From the NCBI GenBank assembly GCA_963818475.1, contig CAWFSF010000006.1, positions 1,792,001-1,856,000 of the forward strand: DNA of 64,000 nucleotides, written 5' to 3'. This DNA is from Nitrospirota bacterium. GTDB taxonomy: Bacteria > Nitrospirota > UBA9217. Positions 27,988 through 37,318 of this stretch are shown here, piece by piece. Under the pieces are notes generated by a model. The model saw nothing but the letters and a program-made list of their open reading frames with translations. It ran no database searches and was not told where the DNA came from. The position numbers and the translations under genes were made by a program. Within the stretch, counting starts at the first letter, position 1. Every line of letters begins with the position of its first letter.

Positions 27988-28472
27988 TGCCCCGCAGGAT
28001 CAAAACGCTATCCGCTGCTTTACTCCTGGTGCTGATCCTTGCCTGTGCAGGAGGACTGCCGGCAGAATTTCCCGCCCCGGACTTTACGCTCAAGAGCCCC
28101 CTGAGCGGTACCGAGGTCAGTCTTGCATCCATAAAAGGAAAACCGACCATCATCTACTGGTTCACCAGCTGGTGAACACGCTGTGTTGAAGAGATCCCGC
28201 TGGTCCAGCGGGCAGAAGAAAAATACAAGAACGAAAAACTGACCGTGCTCTGGGTGGGCCACCAGGACCGACCGGAAAAGCTCACGGAATATGCAAAAAA
28301 GAACAATATCCCCGACTATTTATTCGATGGCGATGAGAATATGTCGAAAAAATTTCGCATGACCTACGGCGGCGGTGTCGTATTCATCGATCGGACCGGC
28401 GTCGTCAAGATGCGGGTCCCGAAGGGTTTTTCTCCCGCCAGCCTTGAGGCCGCGCTCAAAAAGATCCTTTAG
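27984..28472 (+). CDS. Selenocysteine-containing TlpA/ResA-like thioredoxin-fold lipoprotein (UxxC)
   Basis: ORFs 27984-28175 and 28245-28472 are in frame and joined by a single TGA (28173-28175), giving APDFTL...KGKP.IIYWFTSW-U-TRC-VEEIP; lipobox ILAC; hairpin downstream. Confidence 0.85.
28176..28215 (+). promoter_or_regulatory. Putative bacterial SECIS element
   Basis: Stem cccgct(g)/(c)agcggg at 28196-28212 with a G-led loop (GGUCC) about 26 nt after the UGA. Confidence 0.7.
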
Positions 28473-28474
28473 GA

Positions 28475-29857
28475 ATGTCTGAAACGTTTTTCATATCCTT
28501 CCGGGAGTCTTTCCAGTGCGCTTTTCTCCTGGCGCTGGTGTTGTACTATCCCTCCGTGCGGGACCGGAAGGATCATGCCGCCAGCGTCGTTGCCGGCGTG
28601 ATTCTCGCTTTCCTTGCCGGGTTCCCTCTGGGCTATCTCCCCGCTCTCAGCAAAGCGCTGCAGTCGCACGAAACCTGGACCTACTGGCGGCACCTTGCCG
28701 AAGCCCTCCTGTTCTCGCTCAGCATCCTGTTCGTTGCCAGGCCTGTTATCAAAGCCCCGCCTGTTGTCCTCTCCCTTGCCCTGTTCGCGCTGGGGTTCTC
28801 GCTCTTCTTTTTCGAATCCCGCGCAGCGGCGTTCATCATCCAGGACATGGGCGCCATGCAGGACAATGTGCAGGGCGCCCTGGCTTCTGCCGCTGGAGGC
28901 CTGGTAGCAGGTTTTGCCCTGCTCGTCCTGCTCAAACCAATGCTCCGCAGGATTCCTTTCGAGAAGGCATTTACCCTGCCCAGCCTCCTGATGACGATCG
29001 GTGCGCTGCAGTTCGGTTTTGGCGGAGTGGCCGAACTCGAGCGGGAGAACATCCTGACCCCGCTTCAGCGGGGGCTGCAGAACTTCCTGGGAGATGCGGT
29101 CAGGGCGGTCCAGAAAACGCTGCTCATCCCCGAGCACCCGTTCCTCGACGTCAACTGGGACGGCCTTGCGCGTTTCATCGGCGGCGACCGCACTGCGCTC
29201 ATGCTGACGGTGATCTTCATCATGACCCCGCCCGTCCTTATCCTCATCCGGCTGTTCTCGCAGCCCGACCCCATCATCGGCAGTGAAACGGTGGCTGCGC
29301 AGCGCCGGACGCAGATCGCCTTCTTCAGAAATGAGCTGCTCTTCAAGACCGTGCCGGTCCTGACGGTCTTTGCGGTCCTGGTGATCATGCTGCACGCGGT
29401 GAATGTATCCATGAATCCGCTCTACGAACCGACGCCGGTGCCGGTACGAGAGGCAGAACAGGCAAAGGTCGTCAAGATCCCCTTTGCCGACAAACTGGGT
29501 GATCTGAGCGACAAAAAGCTCAGAAAATATGTCTACTACTACGGGGCGAAGCAGATCATCTTCATCGCCATCCTGAAGGCTGATGGGGCCGTAGGCGTGG
29601 CCTTGGATGAATGCGAGATCTGCAGACCCGCGGACTGGAACACCGATGCCAAAGGCTATGCCCAGAAGGGCGAGCACCTCATCTGCAAATACTGCATGAC
29701 GCCCATCGCCACATCAACGGTCAACAACCCCGGGGGATGCAACCCCATCCCCATCCCGTTCATCGTTCAGGACGGCTCTATCGTGATCAAGCTTGCTGAC
29801 CTGACCGGCATCTATGACAAGACCCAGGCACTGGAGAAAAAGGGGACGCATCTGTGA
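28475..29857 (+). CDS. FTR1-like permease fused to a DUF2318 Fe-S domain
   Basis: N-terminal FFISFRESFQ (degenerate RExxE), many TMs, C-terminal DECEIC...GY.Q.G..LICKYC...GGCNPIP. Confidence 0.82.
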   Translation: MSETFFISFRESFQCAFLLALVLYYPSVRDRKDHAASVVAGVILAFLAGFPLGYLPALSKALQSHETWTYWRHLAEALLFSLSILFVARPVIKAPPVVLSLALFALGFSLFFFESRAAAFIIQDMGAMQDNVQGALASAAGGLVAGFALLVLLKPMLRRIPFEKAFTLPSLLMTIGALQFGFGGVAELERENILTPLQRGLQNFLGDAVRAVQKTLLIPEHPFLDVNWDGLARFIGGDRTALMLTVIFIMTPPVLILIRLFSQPDPIIGSETVAAQRRTQIAFFRNELLFKTVPVLTVFAVLVIMLHAVNVSMNPLYEPTPVPVREAEQAKVVKIPFADKLGDLSDKKLRKYVYYYGAKQIIFIAILKADGAVGVALDECEICRPADWNTDAKGYAQKGEHLICKYCMTPIATSTVNNPGGCNPIPIPFIVQDGSIVIKLADLTGIYDKTQALEKKGTHL

Positions 29858-31098
29858 TGAGATCCTTCGCCATGCGCATTACGGCATCCTGGTGGCTAAC
29901 TGCTCTCTTCTGCATCCTGATGCTCGCAACCTATATTGCCGCGACATTTGGAGAGCACCCCTTTGCACGCTGGATATCGTTCCTCCTGCTTTCCCCGACA
30001 GGGCTCGCGCTCTACTGCGGCCTCGCAATCAATATCATGCTTGTCAGCATCCGTGTCGTGCTGTTGCCTCTTCAGAGGCCGCTCCCTTCCCGGGATACGG
30101 TCATGTCCATGGACACCTGGTTCACGGTTCCCGCATCCGGTGCAAATGCTGCTTCGCGTGCCGCAGCATGGATGACTGGCCGGGAATTTCCCGCCGCCAT
30201 CACGGGCAACACGGTTTCCGCGATCAAAGGAAAATACTCCTTCCTGCCGGGCACTATCATGCGGGCAGGCATCGTGCTGTTGATGGCAGCCCTGCTGATC
30301 AGCGCGCATACGAGGAAAACCGGCGAGTTGGCGCTGCACGAGGGGGAAGAAGGCGATCTTTTCGGGGAAAAGGTCGCGCTGCGCGCCATCAACGCCCCGC
30401 TGCCGGCCGATTATCTGCAGGTCGGCGATGAAAGTTCGTTCAAACTCAAAGACGTCTCGGCGGTGCTTACAGCACAGGGCGCCGACCAGATCATTGACAC
30501 GCGCTGGCCTGTCCGGATCGCGGGCCGCTTTTGCCGGATCAGCCATTTCGGCTATACCCAGCCGATCACCGTAACGACGGACACAGGATCGTTTTCAAAA
30601 AAGCTGGACCTTGACGTTCTGCCGCCGGGAAAGAGCCAGCTCGTGGCACCCGTGCCAAGCGGTCTCCTGCTCACCATCGCGCTGCAGCCCGAGAAGACGA
30701 TCTCCAAAGGACTGTTGACCGGGAAGCAATATAACCTCGAGACCCCCCGCTACCGGATCATGGTGCAGAACGGCGGTTCGAAGACCCCGCCCCAGGAGCT
30801 GACGCTCCGTTCCAATGAACAGGTTGCCGCGAAAGGGGCCACACTATCGCTCGGCGGAGACAGCAGGTTCATCACCCTGCACTATGCCGTCGATCCTGCG
30901 CTCAGATTCATCTACGCAGGCATCCTGCTCGTTCTGGGAGGGGGCGTTCTGATGCTGTCACGGTTCTTCTGGTACCGCAAGGAGATGGCTGCTGTACTGG
31001 ATGGGGACAGCCTGCTGGTCGGTTTTCAAGAGGAATTTTACAGCAAGTGGGGCATCCTGCAGTTCCACCGCTGGAAGGACGATCTTTTGCAGAAGTAA
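29854..31098 (+). CDS. ResB/CcsB-like cytochrome c biogenesis membrane protein (divergent)
   Basis: Three N-terminal TMs, a periplasmic beta-rich domain, and C-terminal DPALRFIYAG..L..GG plus TM. Confidence 0.65.
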   Translation: MMRSFAMRITASWWLTALFCILMLATYIAATFGEHPFARWISFLLLSPTGLALYCGLAINIMLVSIRVVLLPLQRPLPSRDTVMSMDTWFTVPASGANAASRAAAWMTGREFPAAITGNTVSAIKGKYSFLPGTIMRAGIVLLMAALLISAHTRKTGELALHEGEEGDLFGEKVALRAINAPLPADYLQVGDESSFKLKDVSAVLTAQGADQIIDTRWPVRIAGRFCRISHFGYTQPITVTTDTGSFSKKLDLDVLPPGKSQLVAPVPSGLLLTIALQPEKTISKGLLTGKQYNLETPRYRIMVQNGGSKTPPQELTLRSNEQVAAKGATLSLGGDSRFITLHYAVDPALRFIYAGILLVLGGGVLMLSRFFWYRKEMAAVLDGDSLLVGFQEEFYSKWGILQFHRWKDDLLQK

Positions 31099-31164
31099 CC
31101 GCGGGCATGGTATTTTGTAGCGGACCGCAAGCCGGTTGGCGCGGGCCTGCTGGATGAATTAGCC

Positions 31165-31896
31165 TTATGCAACCCTTGAGGCTGTCGTGTAAAACTTTCC
31201 GCAGAGGAAACCAACCCCTCCGATAGAAAGCAGTACCCCTCCCAAAAGCGCCCAGAGCGCGCCAGGATCGCGGCAAACGCGGACAAGGGCTGTTTTTTCC
31301 GGACCACTGCTGACCGACTTGCTATAGAGCCCGAACTGGCCGAAATAACGAGGATGGAGCGGTTTGAGGCTCGTGATCCGGACGTCTCCTCCGTCATCCC
31401 AGAGCAGCCTCGCCTCCCAGTCCGCATCATACCCCTGGTGGTCTTTGCGTACAATAACGTCCTGGAGCAACAACGCCTTATCGCCAATCACGACTTTCGG
31501 TTCACCCTCTTTGAGCAACACATCCATTTTGAATCCCATGGATGCCGTGAGCAAATGGCCCAGCATGATGAACAGAACGCCGATGTGCATGACCTGCGGC
31601 GAGAGCTTCAGCAGGAATGCCTGCCAGCCGGTCCGGTTCAAGAGCGCTTGTGCGGTACAGAACAGGGTGCTGACCGCCAGAACAGCAAGCATAACGATCA
31701 TCACGTAGATCCACCAGGTTATCGAGATCGTGCCTGCGGCGGACAGCCATCGGAACAGCGGGGTCTCATCGATGCCGGAGAAGAAGGCAAGATTGCCGGG
31801 AAGCGAGAGCGACCCGATAAAGAGAATAATGATGAACGCCGTGAACAGCCAGAATGCTGTTTTCAGTGAAAGCAGGAATTGCATGATCAGTTTCAT
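31165..31896 (-). CDS. ResB-like cytochrome c biogenesis protein (short)
   Basis: FLLSLKTA, STLFCT, PQVMHIGVLFIMLGHLL and DPGALWALLGG. Confidence 0.8.
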   Translation of the reverse strand: MKLIMQFLLSLKTAFWLFTAFIIILFIGSLSLPGNLAFFSGIDETPLFRWLSAAGTISITWWIYVMIVMLAVLAVSTLFCTAQALLNRTGWQAFLLKLSPQVMHIGVLFIMLGHLLTASMGFKMDVLLKEGEPKVVIGDKALLLQDVIVRKDHQGYDADWEARLLWDDGGDVRITSLKPLHPRYFGQFGLYSKSVSSGPEKTALVRVCRDPGALWALLGGVLLSIGGVGFLCGKFYTTASRVA

Positions 31897-31922
31897 TCGA
31901 TCTCCGGCATAACGAAGGACTT

Positions 31923-32690
31923 TTAAAACTGCGTCGGCGGGCTCGGCAGGATCGTGCCGACACCGAAATAGGCAAAAAGAGCCACCGGGAAACCGAGCAG
32001 GCCGATGATCGCCGCCGGCCGGCCGCTCAAGCCCTTCACGTACCGCGCATGGAGATAAGCGCCGTAATAGAACCACATCAGCGTGGCCCAAAGCTCCCGC
32101 GACGTCCAGAGCCAGTAGGTGCCGTAGGCAACGAAGAACCAGACGCTGCCGACGACCAGTGCTACAGAGAGCAGGATCCAGCCATGGACCGCCCCGCGGT
32201 ACTGAAGGGACTCGTGCTCGTTCCTCCCCGAAAGGAGGTACAGCAGACCGATGCAGGCGGAGATGCCGAATAGCGCATAGCTCGTGAAATAGAAAAAAAT
32301 ATGCAGGAAGAACCACGGCGTCATCAGGAAGGGGGAAATGGTATTGATCGGTTCATAAAAGAACGCGACCAGCAGCGTCGTGGCTATCAGCGGCAGGGCA
32401 AGGTCTCGCAACCGCTGCATATCTTTCCGTCGGGAAAAATACCAGTAGATGAGCGCCATGGCAAAGGCGAAAAAAGAGATATTGTCGTGCTTTTCAGTGA
32501 GCGGAATTGTTCCGATCGTCAGCCCCCGTTGGACCAGGCTTGCGACGTGAGCGATGACGCCAGCCACGAACAACCCCTGCCCCAGACGCCCCTCCATGAG
32601 ACCCATGATGTAGAAGGCCGCGGGGATAAGCAGCAGCACGATCGTGATTATGGATTGTGTTTCCTCTCCGAGCGGAAGCGAACAGAACAT
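31923..32690 (-). CDS. ccsA: Cytochrome c synthase CcsA/ResC (system II) with variant WWD motif
   Basis: L.TPWFFLHI...SYA and GSVW...AYGTYWLWTSRELW..W..Y.AYLH. Confidence 0.85.
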   Translation of the reverse strand: MFCSLPLGEETQSIITIVLLLIPAAFYIMGLMEGRLGQGLFVAGVIAHVASLVQRGLTIGTIPLTEKHDNISFFAFAMALIYWYFSRRKDMQRLRDLALPLIATTLLVAFFYEPINTISPFLMTPWFFLHIFFYFTSYALFGISACIGLLYLLSGRNEHESLQYRGAVHGWILLSVALVVGSVWFFVAYGTYWLWTSRELWATLMWFYYGAYLHARYVKGLSGRPAAIIGLLGFPVALFAYFGVGTILPSPPTQF

Positions 32691-32723
32691 GCAATTCCTT
32701 TTCAGTCCGGGTGTGAGTCTGGA

Positions 32724-33110
32724 TCAGTCGTCAAGCAGTCCGCGCTGCCGCATGTCGCGCAGCAGCCCTGCCCAGAGCCAGACGCCGGCGATCATCATCC
32801 CTGCGGCAATGACATACTTGGCGATCAGCCCCGCCTCATGATGAAGCTGAACAGCGTTGGCCCATTCAAAGCTTCGGAATGTCAGAACCCGGGGTATGGC
32901 GCTGACAATGATCCAGGCAACGGAGAACCAAAGCAGACGGATCGTGTTCTTCGCCAGCTTCCGGACATACCCCAGAGTTGCACCATCGCTCCCCGCTTCC
33001 ACCCTTCCGAGCACCAGCCGCATGGCGATGGCGGTGGCGAGCAGCATGGACGTCGCCACATCATGAAAATAATTGTTCATCAGGATGAATACTGCAAAGG
33101 AAGGACTCAT
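32724..33110 (-). CDS. Three-TM membrane protein with NYxHDxAT motif (paralog 2)
   Basis: NNYFHDVATSML...IPRVLTFRSFEW...LIAKY aligns by eye with 27399-27776. Confidence 0.8.
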   Translation of the reverse strand: MSPSFAVFILMNNYFHDVATSMLLATAIAMRLVLGRVEAGSDGATLGYVRKLAKNTIRLLWFSVAWIIVSAIPRVLTFRSFEWANAVQLHHEAGLIAKYVIAAGMMIAGVWLWAGLLRDMRQRGLLDD

Positions 33111-33219
33111 GCACACTCCAAATAACTCATTGTGGTAAAAACAGCAGAAGCTGAACTCCTGCCGGGGAGAAGTCTTTACTCCTGACTCCGCTGACTCCTG
33201 ACTCCTGACTTCTTACTTT

Positions 33220-34569
33220 TTACTTCTTGCTTCCCGCTATTTCACCCGTGCGTTTCATCTCTTCCCGCTCGCGGGCGAACTGTTTGAACGCCCTGCCCTG
33301 CGGGAACTGGACCATCCAGGATGTGAAATGGCTCATGGGAAAACCTTTCCATGATATCTGCCTGATGCGGTCCAGGATCTTCGGCACCGTGAACAGGTCG
33401 GACCTGAGCTGGACGATCGCATCCTCCCGCTCGAAAGGCGTCATCGTGGGATGTTCGTAGGTCGCGTGGTTCCCGTCAAAACTGTCCCAGTCCAGGCCGG
33501 GCAGAAGATGGGGTTTGTAAAGATCGTACAGGTCCGTGCCCGGGAAGGGCGTGGTCATCACGGGATGGGCCGAGACCTTGAGTTCGTCGCAGAGTTTGCT
33601 GATGCCGTCGAAATCCCCGCGGACGTCCTGCCTGCCGCCGACCATGATGAAGAGCATCACTTCGATGCCGTGGTCCCGTATCTTCTTTATGGCGTCACGG
33701 CGCTCACGGCCCTGTTTGTTCACAGCCTTGTATTCCTTGAGGCTCTCGATATTGTTCGATTCCCAACCCACGAGCACGGCCGTGAGACCGGCTTTGCGGG
33801 CATTGTCCAGCAGTTCGTGCGACCGGGGATGCTGCACCGAGGTGAGGTCTCCGGAACCGAACCACCATTTTCCCCTTATGTTCCTGCTCATCTCCCGATA
33901 GAGCTCGATGGAGCGGTCAACGTTCACCCCCCAGATGTTGTCGTCGATGCCCCAGAACAGATGCCGTTTGCTGGCGGCAACCTCCTCGACAACATCTTTG
34001 ATCGGACGCATGCGGACCTTGCCGCCGAAGAACTTGTGCACGGAACAGAAGGAGCAGCTGAAGGGACAGCCGCGCGACGTCTGAAAATATCCATAGACGT
34101 ACTTCGTGTTCCAGAGGTTGGTGACCGGACGGGGCATACTGACGAGGTCGTGGAACGTGCCGTTATACACTGGCTGCAACCGGTTTTTCTCGGCGTCCTC
34201 CAGCAGGCCTTTCCAGATATGCTCTGATTCGCCGAGGACAACGGCATCGGCATGCGCACCGGCCTCCTGAGGAAGAGCGGTCACATGCATTCCGCCGAGG
34301 ATGACCTTCTTCCCCATCTCGCGCAGGCGGTCTGCCGTGCGATAGACCCAGGGTGCCTGCGGCGTAAGCACCGTGAAACCGATCAGGTCGGCATCAGCTC
34401 TGGCGGGGTCGAAGGACTCCTTGTTCGCATCGATCAGCTGGACCTCGACATCCGGCCTGACCTGGCGGGTAAGGCCGGTCATGTACTCGAGAACGGGGGG
34501 TGCAATGGGGAGGCCTTTTGACTTCTGGCCCTTTTCGCCAAAAGGCGGGGAAATGAGCAGTAATTTCAT
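33220..34569 (-). CDS. Cobalamin-dependent radical SAM enzyme (class B-like)
   Basis: ILGGMHVTALP.EA..HADAVV.GE, QTSRGCPFSCSFC, DDN and TPFPGT. Confidence 0.9.
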   Translation of the reverse strand: MKLLLISPPFGEKGQKSKGLPIAPPVLEYMTGLTRQVRPDVEVQLIDANKESFDPARADADLIGFTVLTPQAPWVYRTADRLREMGKKVILGGMHVTALPQEAGAHADAVVLGESEHIWKGLLEDAEKNRLQPVYNGTFHDLVSMPRPVTNLWNTKYVYGYFQTSRGCPFSCSFCSVHKFFGGKVRMRPIKDVVEEVAASKRHLFWGIDDNIWGVNVDRSIELYREMSRNIRGKWWFGSGDLTSVQHPRSHELLDNARKAGLTAVLVGWESNNIESLKEYKAVNKQGRERRDAIKKIRDHGIEVMLFIMVGGRQDVRGDFDGISKLCDELKVSAHPVMTTPFPGTDLYDLYKPHLLPGLDWDSFDGNHATYEHPTMTPFEREDAIVQLRSDLFTVPKILDRIRQISWKGFPMSHFTSWMVQFPQGRAFKQFAREREEMKRTGEIAGSKK

Positions 34570-34680
34570 CGCAATGCAGAAGATTAACTATGTGACAGGA
34601 GGCGCAGAATCAAATGGGAAGCGATCACGGGCCGTTCTTTATTCCCATTCTGAAAACCTTGCGATCCTGTCAAATGAAAA

Positions 34681-35121
34681 TCAAAGCTCCTCACAAAATG
34701 TTTTTATTTTTTCGAGCACGCCGTCAGCTTCCTTCTGGTTCAGCTTTTCCACGACACTGCTCTTTGAGACCGTGCTCATGATCTTTCCCGGGATCTCGTA
34801 CGTGATCTCGACGGCAAGGTCCGTGCCGCCGTTCGCCGGTGTGAACGAGTAGCTCTCCTGGATGGGAAAGCTTCCCTCCATTTTCATGCCGAACTTGCTG
34901 TTTTTGACATTCTCCGTAACATGACCCTTACCGCTGAATGTTATACCGAGCATCCGGTATTCCCAGACGAACGTCGTCCCTGGTTCAACATTTGGGGACG
35001 AGAGGTCCCTGACATCGGTCAGGCTCGTCACATACCGGGTCCAGTTGCCAGGGCTGGTCACGAACTGAAAGACCTTCTCAACGGGAGAATTAATGGACAC
35101 CTTCTTTACGATATTCGCCAT
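34681..35121 (-). CDS. SRPBCC/polyketide cyclase family protein
   Basis: INSPVEKVFQFV..P.NW START-like fold; own TTGTAA-17-TATAAT promoter. Confidence 0.85.
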   Translation of the reverse strand: MANIVKKVSINSPVEKVFQFVTSPGNWTRYVTSLTDVRDLSSPNVEPGTTFVWEYRMLGITFSGKGHVTENVKNSKFGMKMEGSFPIQESYSFTPANGGTDLAVEITYEIPGKIMSTVSKSSVVEKLNQKEADGVLEKIKTFCEEL

Positions 35122-35225
35122 TGCCGTATCCTCCTTGTGCGGTTCTATTGATAGATGAAATTATAGTATAAACACTACGAGATTACAACAGGTTGTTTCG
35201 GACCGCAATACGAAAGGCTGCACAA

Positions 35226-35852
35226 TCAGCCTTTTTTCTGCAGCATGGTCTTCACGCGTTTCAGACGGTAGAACGATTCCCGTTCCCGCTCGCCGATATA
35301 CTGGTTGATGGTCCTGATCTGAAGGCGCAGGGTGGGCACGACCATCTCCTCAAGGACCTTGATCCTTCTCGTGGTCCGCAGGATCTCCTGGCTGAGCCGC
35401 TTTAATTTGCTCTCGTACTTCGCGATCTCCAGCATTGATTCCAGCAGCTTTTCAAAGAGCGTAACCCCGGCCGCAAGGTGAGGCGTCACCGAAAGTTCGT
35501 CGTAGCCGCGCTTGTCCGCATCGCGCACCGGTGCATCATGGTAGGCAATATCCTTGTACCGGAGGCCCCAGATGCTTTTTTCCGCCACATCGATCCCGAA
35601 TTCACGCTCTGTCGCAACCACGATCGATTCTACCGCATCCTTGCCCTCATGACCCAGGGCAAGCGCCCGTTTGAGCAGCGCCTTGCCATAGGTCGTCCTG
35701 ATCTCCTCCCGGGACCGCAGGAACGGCAGCGTCGTGGCCAGGAATTCCTTTATCAGCGCTTGTTTGCGCGCCTTCAGGATACTGATGCTGTTGAGGACCG
35801 ACCGGGACTTTTCTTTCAACAGCAGCAGATTCGTTCTGGTAGGATGGATCAT
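35226..35852 (-). CDS. atpD: V/A-type ATP synthase subunit D
   Basis: PTRTNLL.LK, LKARKQAL and RRIKVLEE; position in the operon. Confidence 0.92.
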   Translation of the reverse strand: MIHPTRTNLLLLKEKSRSVLNSISILKARKQALIKEFLATTLPFLRSREEIRTTYGKALLKRALALGHEGKDAVESIVVATEREFGIDVAEKSIWGLRYKDIAYHDAPVRDADKRGYDELSVTPHLAAGVTLFEKLLESMLEIAKYESKLKRLSQEILRTTRRIKVLEEMVVPTLRLQIRTINQYIGERERESFYRLKRVKTMLQKKG

Positions 35853-35989
35853 ATCGCTCCGCGATAATTGGAAATTGGAGATTTTAAATTTAAAAATGTA
35901 AATTGTTTAAAATAGAAACTATGCCCGCAGGGCATACCGCCAATTTTAAATTTCCAATTTTCACTTTCCAATTTTCAATCGGTATTTCT

Positions 35990-37318
35990 TTACGTAACCG
36001 CCAGCGAGAACTGCTTCATCAGGCGCAGACCCACATCGAGCGTCTCGTGCACCGTACGCCTGGTTGTCCCCTGGCCCACAAATTCGTGCTCAAAAACATC
36101 TGCGAAATCGAGCATCAGGATATCTGCTTTGGTCATGCCATCCCTGCCGACAATGGCCTCGAGCCGCCGCAGATCCCTGCCCTTGGCATAGTATTTATAC
36201 AGATTGTTCGACACTTTCCGGTGGTCCGCTCGGGTATGCCCTTCGCCGATGCCCTTCTGCATGAGTCGGGAAAGGCTTGGCAGCACGTCCATGGGCGGAA
36301 AGATCCCCTTCTGATGCAGTTCCCGGCTCAGCACGATCTGTCCCTCGGTGATGTACCCCGTCAGGTCCGGGATGGGGTGGGTGATGTCGTCCTCGGGCAT
36401 GGTCACCACCGGCAGCATGGTGACCGACCCCTCAAGCCCGTAAATCCGGCCCGCCCGCTCGTAGAGCGACGCGAGATCGGAATACATGTAGCCCGGGTAG
36501 CCGCGCCTGCCGGGCAGTTCTTCGCGCGCCGTCGATATTTCACGCAGGGCGTCGCAGTAGTTGGTCATGTCGGTGATGATGACGAGGACGTCCATGCCCT
36601 TGTCGAAGGCAAGGTACTCCGCAACGGTCAGCGCGAAGCGGGGCGCCAGAAGCCGCTCCATGACCGGTTCATCGGCCATGTTCACAAAGGCCACGAATCC
36701 CGACTGCATCTCCTGCAGCACGTTCAGGTAGAAGGAATATTCGTGAAACGTCAGTCCCAGCGCCGCAAAGACCACGATGAACTTCTGCTCCGCCTTGGCA
36801 AGCCGGGCATTCCGCAGGATGCCGCCGACCACCTCCTTGGAAGGCAGGCCTGCTGCGGAGAAGATCGGCAGTTTCTGGCCGCGCACCAGCGTGTTCAGTC
36901 CGTCGATGGGTGAGAAACCGGTCTCGATGAAGTCTTCCGGCCGGGCCCGGGCAGAAGGATTCATAGGCGAACCCGTGATCGGCTTCCAGAGCTCCGGGAT
37001 ATAGAGGGGCATGCCGTCCTTGGGTTCGAAGGAGCCGTTGCAGATCCTGCCGATGATATCCGGTGACAGCGGCACGCGCTTGATAGCATCGGTAAAGACC
37101 ACGCTCGTACGGTCTACATCTAGGCCCTGGGTGGATCCGTAAACCTCGACCAGGGTCGTGTCGCCGTCTATTTCGAGCACCTCGGCCTCCATCCGTCTGC
37201 CGTCAGGAGCGATGACGTTCACGACCTCGCCGATCCGCACGTTCTGAACGTTCTGCACAAAGAGCAGCGGGCCCGCAATGGTCGTTGTGGTACGATAGAT
37301 GTGTTCGGAAAGTCGCAT
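35990..37318 (-). CDS. atpB: V/A-type ATP synthase subunit B
   Basis: RGQKLPIFS, PGRRGYPGYMYSDLA.LYERAG and THPIPDLTGYITEGQI. Confidence 0.96.
   Translation of the reverse strand: MRLSEHIYRTTTTIAGPLLFVQNVQNVRIGEVVNVIAPDGRRMEAEVLEIDGDTTLVEVYGSTQGLDVDRTSVVFTDAIKRVPLSPDIIGRICNGSFEPKDGMPLYIPELWKPITGSPMNPSARARPEDFIETGFSPIDGLNTLVRGQKLPIFSAAGLPSKEVVGGILRNARLAKAEQKFIVVFAALGLTFHEYSFYLNVLQEMQSGFVAFVNMADEPVMERLLAPRFALTVAEYLAFDKGMDVLVIITDMTNYCDALREISTAREELPGRRGYPGYMYSDLASLYERAGRIYGLEGSVTMLPVVTMPEDDITHPIPDLTGYITEGQIVLSRELHQKGIFPPMDVLPSLSRLMQKGIGEGHTRADHRKVSNNLYKYYAKGRDLRRLEAIVGRDGMTKADILMLDFADVFEHEFVGQGTTRRTVHETLDVGLRLMKQFSLAVT

Noticed and set aside
31165-32316. 383-aa ORF as a fused protein
   Set aside because: The first 140 codons are an alternate frame of ccsA; the ResB-like gene starts at 31896.
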